From the human T2T-CHM13v2.0 reference genome, Homo sapiens, in the NCBI RefSeq assembly GCF_009914755.1, contig NC_060938.1: a stretch of 64,000 nucleotides of DNA; one strand, written 5' to 3'. Below, one piece after another: positions 55,651 to 64,000 of the stretch; within the stretch, counting starts at the first letter, position 1, and every line of letters begins with the position of its first letter. A program made the translations under genes and the position numbers. The notes under the pieces are model-generated. The model made no database searches. It saw nothing but the letters and a program-made list of their open reading frames with translations, and was not told the origin of the DNA.

Positions 55651-56000
55651 TCACTCTCTGTTTGCTGAGCTGCAGTCACACTGGCCTTCTTTGTGTTCCT
55701 CCAAGTTGTCACGCTTCCTTCTGCCACAGGGAGCAGTGCTTCCTCTGACAGTGGCTACCCTTTCCTGCTGCTCCCACGCTTTCCGCATGTCCCCAGGAAA
55801 CTCTTTTTCAACCCTCATATCCCAGTTTGTCACTCGCTTTCTACTGAAAACACCAAGTTCTTTTGTTCTATGTTTTCTTTCATAGAAATCAACTCAGTAT
55901 TTCATAGCTGATTAATTTCTCTCTCTCTAAATCCCATGAAAACAGTTGATTATCTTAATTTTTGTCCACAGTAAGATCTCAACAAAGATTTTTATAAATA
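55651..56000 (+). mobile_element. L2 fragment
   Basis: cagtcacactggccttctttgtgttcctc...tgccacaggg. Confidence 0.55.
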
Positions 56001-57107
56001 AACAAAAAACTATCTCAGGCTAAATGGTGGACATAATTAGAATTCTAAGCTGGTGGCCAGTTGAGAATTACTGATACTAATAGCAGAGGCCAGCATCTTC
56101 TTCAAAATGGGCATAGAAGAGACCAAGAGCGTGAAGCCACGGAGTGCATAAGAAACATTACTTGCTGTTCTTGGGTGGGGTAAAGGTGACAATAGAGGGG
56201 GTTGGAAGAAGAGGGAGAACTCCCAGGATGGGCTGAGGATCCTTGCAAAGGCTGCCAATTCAGAAGAAGAGGACAGGGATTTGGTCACTGGCTCTTAGAG
56301 ATGAAAGTGACCAGCATTTTTTCAGAGACCACAGGCCCATCAATCATCTCTGGCCTGTGCATAGGGTGTCACAGCTCCTTAATGAAGGTAACAGGGGAAA
56401 CAAAGCTATTTCACACCTTTCACACCCTCACTGGCTTCTAAGGGAGTTGAGTCCTCTTGACTAGGGGTGGTTTATTTCTATTGTACCTAGTGTTAAAACT
56501 GGTTTGGGTAGCAAGGTTTGGTAGCAGCTGAAGAAGTCTGAATTGCTTTGCCTAAGGTGGGAGGGGAGCAGACTGAAGGGGAAGAGAAGACTCTGGAAAG
56601 CAGAGCCAGATATTATTAATACTAAGAGGGCTCTGAGAGAAAAGTCCCTTGAGGCAGTCCAGCCAGAGCTTAGGGGAACAGAGAGTGCTGTGGTATTTGC
56701 TTTTGTATGTGGTGTAAACACTCTTCCACCTATACAGCGGAATCTTTACTATGTCTATAGGCTCACTAGTGCCTTTTTGCTAAGAGAGTCACCCTTAATG
56801 GAGGGGAAAGCAGCACTAAGATCTGCGTGAGAGCTGCCTTTAGTGCGACCACAGATGTGGAACAAGCATGTGCAGGAGGAGCTAGGGGATGAGAGGCCAA
56901 GTGGCATCCGGATCCCACTGTGATTTAGGACTGGGCAGGACATAGGTCATCTTTCCTATAAAGTGAGGCTGACATAAGGCAGTAAAATAGACAACCAAAA
57001 TTAGCAACAGTCCCCCCTTGGCTTTCACTGACAGAAAAATTCTGAGGGCTGGGCCACAGCCTGACATAGAAGTGGCTTTAGGAAACACCTCTGTCCACAG
57101 CGCAGAT

Positions 57108-57360
57108 ATAAAGAGCTCAGGCTCTGCAGACAGGAGGATCTGGTTTGAATCCCTACTCCCATATTTACTGGCTCTGTGACACTGGGCAAGTTACTGGGCA
57201 TACCTACTCCTCTGTCTTCGCATCTGAAGAAAGGAGGTAACATGCATCCATGCCTCTCTGAGAGGGTTGTAGAAGGATTAAGTAAGCTCACACATGTAAG
57301 CTGCTTAGTCTAGTAACTGGCATATAATAAGTGTTCAGTTATTGTTAACTATCTTTATTG
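57108..57360 (+). mobile_element. MIR, near full length
   Basis: aagagctcaggctctg...ggtttgaatccc...tgggcaagttact...gggttgtagaaggattaa. Confidence 0.85.
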
Positions 57361-58059
57361 TTGTTCCCATCCAAAAGTTCTTTGTTGCTCAGGTATTGGT
57401 CTATAGAAATTATGTTGAACATGGCAGGAGGAGAGAGTAACATCCTTATGGAGGATACTTAACTGGGTCATCCTCTTCTAAATGGTCAAAGGGCCTGTTA
57501 GATTGATGTTAGAGTGATCAACCTCCTGGGGATGGCTACCCTGCTTCACCAGGAGTCCCACATCTGATGCCCAAGTATCCACAGGCCACTCATCCACATT
57601 CTTCTGCTCCACCTGCTGTAACAGCCAACTAACCTGCTGCAGCGCCTTCATCTTTCCTACACTGGTGGAAGGGCGAGGATTAAAGTGTATCACCGTTGTT
57701 TTGATCTGGCTACTATGGTCCTGCCTGCCTTCCTTTTGATAAGGACAGACAGCTTGGAATATAAATGCCCTAGCCAACACAAGGGCTCTAGGCATGATTG
57801 CAGGGTGAACCCATTAATCACTAGCAAGGCTGAAGTCATAGCCCTCAGTGGAAGCAACCTGAACATATGGCCCATGATGAGATGAGTGGGTACCGTGGTA
57901 AGGAAGTGAGGGTGCTCCTCAGGGCACAGGGTATCTCGGTTGGCTAGGGAATCTGGCCCTGCTTCCCCCAGCAAGTTCTCCATGGAGACCAGCACAAGAG
58001 CACTGAACCAACTGGGTGGGCAACAGGAGACAACAACCACAGTAAGAGCAGCTTCCCTG

Positions 58060-58280
58060 CAATAGCACCTACTGCGTGCCAGGAAATAAGTAAGCCAGGT
58101 GCTTCATATATGCAGCATTACTTCACATGTTTACAACCACTCCAAATATTCAGCTTTCGAGCTGAGGAAACCAAGGCGGCACAGAGAGGGGGAGTAACTT
58201 GCTCAAGATCACACAGCTGGTGTCGGTGTAAGACTCAAACTGAAGTCTGTTGGATTTTGAAACCCGCACCCTTTTCTCCA
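58060..58280 (-). mobile_element. MIR
   Basis: tgaggaaaccaagg.cacagag...gtaacttgctcaagatcacacagct. Confidence 0.75.
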
Positions 58281-59282
58281 CTGCATTTTGCAGCTATTGG
58301 CTACTTATTTCCATACATACCCAAAGGCACAAGAGAGTCAAATTTTCAAATGGGAGACAGTTGGGTAATTGAACATGAAGAAAACAGTGGCTACTAGGTG
58401 TCTGGTCACATGGGTCAATGGAATTAAGGGAGAAAAAAAAAATCACTGCATCTTTGAATAGACTGGAGTTACACTGAAAAGAAGAGGACCTCAGTAAGGA
58501 ATTCAACACCAAGTTACAGAGACTGGCCACACCCACCGCAGAGGGCTTTGCGGCTGCCTATGGGGACACAGGGACAGGTGCTCAGGGACATGTCTGAAAC
58601 ACTACTAAGTTCTCAGACGAAGGTTTTGCTTGTAAAGCTTTTAATGGTAGAATAAAATCCAAAATGAATGTCATTCGTTTGCATAAAAATGAATATGAAG
58701 AAAATAAAATGATAAACCAGAAACTGGTTTTCAGAAGTTTCTTTTATATCCTTAAAGTGTGTTATCGAACTGCAGGGAATTCTAGCTTTTCTGGGACTGG
58801 GCACTCAGCTTAAGCCATCCCCATGTACGAACTTGTGAAAGCTGCCTGCTGCCTGCTGGGGTTTAAGACTCTCCACCCAACAAAGACATTCTAAGAAGAA
58901 AATAAGAACTGACAGCACGTCAGCTTAAAGAACAAAAAACAAACAAAATACCTCACACTAAGTAATGAGACAGGGTTTCAGTGCTGTTTTTATTTTTGTA
59001 ATACACCGACCACGCCTTCAACACCAAAAACCCAAACTTCACTCTTAACAAGTTCTAGCACTCCTGCTATTTCAGGATAATGGCACTTCGGGTGTCAACA
59101 GGTAATGCAGACACAAAGCAGTCAGGTTGTGTATCCCTCTGTGTTCTTCACTTGAACATACTGCTTTTCAAGCATTCGGCATATTCTTGAGGCTCCTAAG
59201 CTCCCTGAAGACGGAGTCACATTTTGCATAATTCTGCACCCCTCTACACACACACACTAGGCTCAGCACACTACCAACCAGC

Positions 59283-59495
59283 AATTACTGAGGTCTCTGA
59301 TGTGCCAGGCACTGTGCCAGGCTCTTTGCTAGTGGTCTTACTTAATTTACACACCAAGTCCATAAGGTATGAGTTGTCCCCATTGTCTAGGAAAGCAATC
59401 ACAGAGGTTAGGTATGTTCTGTGGCCATGGCCAGAAAAGGAGATGGCTGAGATTTGAAGAGACTTGTGTCTAACCCTAGTCATGCTCTTACACCA
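59283..59495 (-). mobile_element. MIR
   Basis: atgtgccaggcactgtgccagg...cacagaggttag. Confidence 0.65.
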
Positions 59496-59849
59496 CTCCA
59501 AAACCTGGCATACTGAAGGACATTTGTAAGCATCTAGCCTTGGTTTAAATTGAAGCTCTATTGGTTTGCCCTTTAGAAAAAATCGGAAAATTTCCATCTT
59601 CAGAATAGAACACTTCAATCAAGCTAGTGGCAAAACTTGTCATCACGATCCTAATGTGTGTCAAGCTCCTGGGACTAGAAACTCTCTTCTGCCCGCTGAT
59701 AGAACTTTGATTTCCTGTTTGAGGAATGTGCAAAGTCACCAGCTGCCTTCTCGCCTTTTCTAGTTCTATCTCTGGCAGATAACTGACAACTTTTATTCTT
59801 CATGCCAGTAGAAGAATGCTTTCAAATGCTAGATGTGAATGATGACGGA

Positions 59850-60105
59850 ACTACCATTTACTAAGCATTTACTATATTCTGGGGCTAAGCCAGGCAGTTT
59901 AATATACATTTTCTCCCACAATTTTTTTAAGTCCTCACACTGGCCCTCTAAGATAGGTACTTTTAATCAGCATTTTACATAAATGGAAACTACGCCTTAG
60001 AAAGGCCTACTGGCCCTCTAGGTTACACAGATTATACAGCTAGTCAGTAGTAGAAACAGGATTCAAGTCCATGTTTTTACTATTGCCAAAGCTTTTGCTC
60101 TTACA
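59850..60105 (-). mobile_element. MIR
   Basis: accatttactaagcatttactat...cattttacat..atggaaact...acagctagt...ggattcaa. Confidence 0.75.
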
Positions 60106-61115
60106 CAGTTACTTCTGATGAGTTACTTTGATTCTGGAAATAAAAGAAATGCAGAGTATGCACATAGAACCATTACTAGGCCATAGATTTTCCCCAGTTG
60201 GTACCTATGTATGACAAAATAAAGCCTCATATCAGGAAAGAGTGATGCAACTTCTTACTGATATGGTATATCTGACTTCCAAGCATACACAAAGAACTCT
60301 ATCTTTTTAAAACTCATTAGAAATATGGAAAAATGATGCTCTACAAAGTACCTCTCATAAAAACAAAACAAAGTTCTAATTGGATTCAATGCGGTTAGGC
60401 TAAAAATAGAATAATCCAACTTATAAATTTAAATATTTCAATACAAATCTCTTTTTAATATTGCACATACCAAAGTACTTATAATGCTCACTACATTGTA
60501 TAACACCAAGCACTGTATCCTCAAAAGACTTTATGTACCATCATCCAATTCCTACCTCGAGGCAAAAATTAAACTGGTCACAGGAAAATTTAAACTCATT
60601 TCTGCAAAACTCTCCCCCTGCTTGTGACCTATAAGGTATTTCCAGCCCAGACTCAAAGAGCTCATTTTATGGGGAAGAAGATTCCTTTCTTCCACTGACC
60701 TCAACTTTACAGAGCTGTATTGTGGCTCAAGATAAAATTAGATTTTGGAAGGAAAAGAGTTTGAAATATTACGTAGAAAAATATTGGCAACAAGATTCCT
60801 GGCATATCACAGCCTTAAAGCTAGAGAATTTTATCTGGAAGGCTGGCTACACAGTAATTTTAAAAAAACACCATAAATACACTTTTTGTAACTGAAGAAG
60901 ACATTTATAATCCTAAGTGCCCTTGGTTAGTAAGTCAATTTAGGAAAATGAGTAATGCAAGGCTCTTTAGTATCAAGTTGCATTTTTTTTTCTGTAATAC
61001 TCTCCATTAGAATGCAAAAACCAACAGAAGCCAAATTAAATGAAATCAATGTCCATTTAATAGAGTGTCCTCTAAATTCAAGGTAAAGACCATTACCATC
61101 TGAAAGGTTCCAAGC

Positions 61116-61164
61116 AAGAGTCCTTAAATATCAACAAAGAAGAGTCCTTAAGTGTCAACAAAGA
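61116..61164. repeat. 2 x 24-bp tandem duplication
   Basis: aagagtccttaaatatcaacaaag / aagagtccttaagtgtcaacaaag. Confidence 0.8.
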
Positions 61165-63364
61165 ACAAATGAATGCTTCCAACAGACACATAAGGAAATA
61201 AGTGCTCTAGAACAATGATCTAAACAGGAGGTCACAGTGTTTGTCATAATGCGTCTATCAACCCCAGTTATAATTATCCAGGAAGGTGTAAAATGGGTGA
61301 TAGTCGTTGATCAATAAATGTTCTCAGTGTTACTATTACCACCACCACTACCACTAGTTCTAGCAGAGTTGCCACTTTCTGCAAAAACAAATCTCTTCAA
61401 GGGAAGGGGTTTAAGCAACATATCAGTCTTCAAAGGTTTTTGTAAACTGTATTATTTCTTTACTAACATATCAGATCAGTCGCTCTGAGGAACTGTGTTT
61501 TTAATAGTCTTGGTAAGGGAAGAGAAAGGGTCATCTTAGAGTGAAGGAACAGTGGCCAAGCATGGTGGTTTGCAAAGACAAGCCCTGGGAAGCAAAGGGC
61601 ACAAGAGGCGAATGGTAGTTGGACAGGTCACCTGAGTGAGGAGCAACAGCGATGGGGAGAACACAGAGCAATCTCTCCTTCAGACCATTTCAGAAACCTG
61701 TCAGAAAATCAGGTCCAATCTCAGAGCTATGTTATTTTAAAAAAACAAAAGTGATATTTTTAACAGTTCCCAATTTCATGGAAAAGGAGTATTGTGACTT
61801 AACGTTTATCTTCAGGTAAGATGTGGCACATGTAAATGTTTTTGGAGACACAGTATTTGAATTCTAGTTCAAAAAAATTCCTTCCCAAAAAGGGTTGGCA
61901 TAGCAGTGCTACAAGGATCTATACAGTCCTTACATATAAAGTATAACAACTGACAAAGGGCAATAATTATGTGCAAAAAGGTGAAGGCACTAGCCCAAAT
62001 GGAATTGCTCATAAGAGAACCAAGAACTTTGCTGTATCAGCCAAGAATGAGACTCCCTTGGATGAATCCATAAATGTCAGGTCCAGAAAGGAAATGTAGG
62101 TTTCCCTTTTTTAAACAGTACAAAAGGCCAAGAAGCTTTAGAACTAAACAAACCAGGCCTGACCTCATAACAGTGTACTAAAAGCAAAGTCACAGATGTT
62201 TACATCTAGTCCAAATCAAGCCTAATATTAGAACTGAAACAAATAATTGTCTCAGCCAGATTTCAGGTTCCAAAAGGGGAGCAGACAACCCCTGAAAGGA
62301 GAACCATCATTTGCAGCTGCTAAGTGCTAAGCACTGTGACAGGCTTCTTGCATATGTTAGGACACTTAGTCCAGAGAGCAGCTGAATCTGTATCCCATAG
62401 AAAGCCATGGAATCTGGGGGCAGATTGAGAGCAAGGAGTGGGGGCTGAGACTGAGTCCAAAGGGCAGTTATATGCTCACTACTGTGAGCAATTACCTCTG
62501 AAGCCAGACGTTTGACAACAGTTGATCACAGGTCACTGGCCAGAAGTTACATGTACTGCAGCAAAGGTTTCTACCTCTTAGGACTCTAGCCTGGGGTCTC
62601 TAACCATGACTATGCCTCCCTTCAATAAAAAATTTATGACTGTTAACCCCCAATAGATGCATATTTTAAATTACATACATGAACTACTATTCTACTATAT
62701 TATGGTAATTATAAAGCATATATGAAACATGTAAGTTAGAAAACAATTATATTTTAAATTTTAAATTGAAATTTTAATATTTTATTCTCCTAACCCAATG
62801 GATCAGGCAGTGTATCACATTTAGAGACTAGCTTTTTTGGCCTTTCTCTTCCAGAACACTCCCGATGGGCACGTTCTGCTTCATGGGTCCCCAAGTCTAG
62901 GAAGAACTGACAGAAGTGGAATAGGTCTGCACATTTGGCCTTTACAGCTGAACCCATATTCAGTTTCTCACAATAATCAAACTTGAGAAGAAAGAGAGCC
63001 ACTTCTTTGATCATTAGTAGACAGGCTCTTGCCAAGAGTGGTACAAATTGTTCTTGCATACAGATAGGAAAAGGAACGTCAGAGAGACATGTATCTTCAA
63101 ATTCAGCTTGGCCAATAATCACATCTCTTTCTCATCTAACCCCACTTCAACCAAAGTCAAAAATTAAACTGGAAAGATCTGAACATGTTCTTTTTTCTTC
63201 TTTTGCCTGACTGTAGTGATTCTGTGATGTCAGGCAAAGCATCCAATTTCTGCAGGCCCCATTTTTTCGTGTAAACATTGGCATCAGCTTTGAGAATGAC
63301 TAAGGATTCTTGTGGACATAAAAATCTAAAGTTCTAAAGAAAATTCCTAAGTCAATTTTCCTAA

Positions 63365-63670
63365 TATGGCATTTATATACTATGGTATATTATGCAGCTA
63401 TAAAACTAACACAGGAACAGAAAACAAAATACCACATGTCACTTTTAAGTGGGAGCTAAATGACAAGAATCATGGAGACAAAGAAGGGAACAACAGACAA
63501 TGGGGTCTAGTTGAGGCTGGAAGGTGGGAGAAGGGAGAGGAACAGAAAAAATAACTATTGGGTAATAGGCTTAGTACCTAGGTGATAAAACAATCTGTGT
63601 AACAAACCCCTGTGGCACAAGTTTACCTATATAACAAACATGCATGAACCTCAAATAAAAGTTAAAAAAA
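63365..63670 (+). mobile_element. L1PA15/16-like 3' UTR
   Basis: aaactaacacaggaacagaaaa, taagtgggagctaaatga, aataactattgggta, caaacccc.gtg.cacaagtttacc. Confidence 0.85.
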
Positions 63671-63719
63671 TTAATAGGAACAGATTTCAGAACTAAAAAC
63701 AAAAAAAAAAAAACATAAA

Positions 63720-64000
63720 AAGAATATTATGCTGCTATAGAAAAGAATGAACATGGATGGAGGCCATTATTCTAAGTGAAGTAACTCAGAAACAGAACAT
63801 CAAATACAGAATGTTCTCACTTATAAGTGAGAGCTAAACAATGGGTACACATGGACATAGAGATGGAAATGACAGATACCGGGGACTCTAAAAGGCAGCA
63901 GGGTGGAAAGGAATGAGGATTTAAAAATTACCTATCCAATACAATGTTCACTATTTGAATGATGGGTTCACTAGAAACCCAAGCTCCAACAGTGTGCAAT
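63720..64000 (+). mobile_element. L1PB-like 3' UTR (runs off the window)
   Basis: ggaggccattattctaagtgaagtaactcag, gttctcacttataagtg, tacacatggacata. Confidence 0.85.

Noticed and set aside
61795-61821. AG|GTAAGA recursive-splice-like motif on +
   Set aside because: Short pyrimidine tract, and it is on the strand opposite the inferred host transcription.
62790-63122. 110-aa ORF in unique DNA (also 27932-28390 and 57478-58040)
   Set aside because: Non-ATG or weak starts, no recognisable domain, no convincing flanking splice or promoter signals.

Overview
Human (or at least hominin) non-coding genomic DNA. It is AT-rich and CpG-depleted with no CpG island, and it carries a diagnostic AluYb8. 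It is densely populated by interspersed repeats: about 10 Alus, L1PA/L1PB/L1M fragments, L2, many MIRs, MaLR and ERV LTRs (MLT1, MER21, MER57), and hAT and mariner MITEs (MER5, MER33, MADE1). I recognise no protein-coding exon, RNA gene or CRISPR-like array. The supplied ORFs are Alu/L1/simple-repeat read-throughs or chance frames. All clear Alus and most L1s lie on +, and the + strand looks A-rich, which suggests (inference) a large intron of a gene transcribed on the - strand; I cannot name it. I see no new biological system. The notable signals are local: (1) a ~268-bp fold-back palindrome inside an Alu that also creates a splice-site pair; (2) a 38-nt LTR-derived micro-retrocopy with a perfect 21-bp TSD; (3) a 125-bp templated insertion inside an L1; (4) two 5'-inverted L1s; (5) an expanded MADE1 hairpin; (6) a few - strand cassette/microexon candidates. 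Repeat subfamily names were assigned by eye from remembered consensus sequences. Boundaries of old repeats are approximate.
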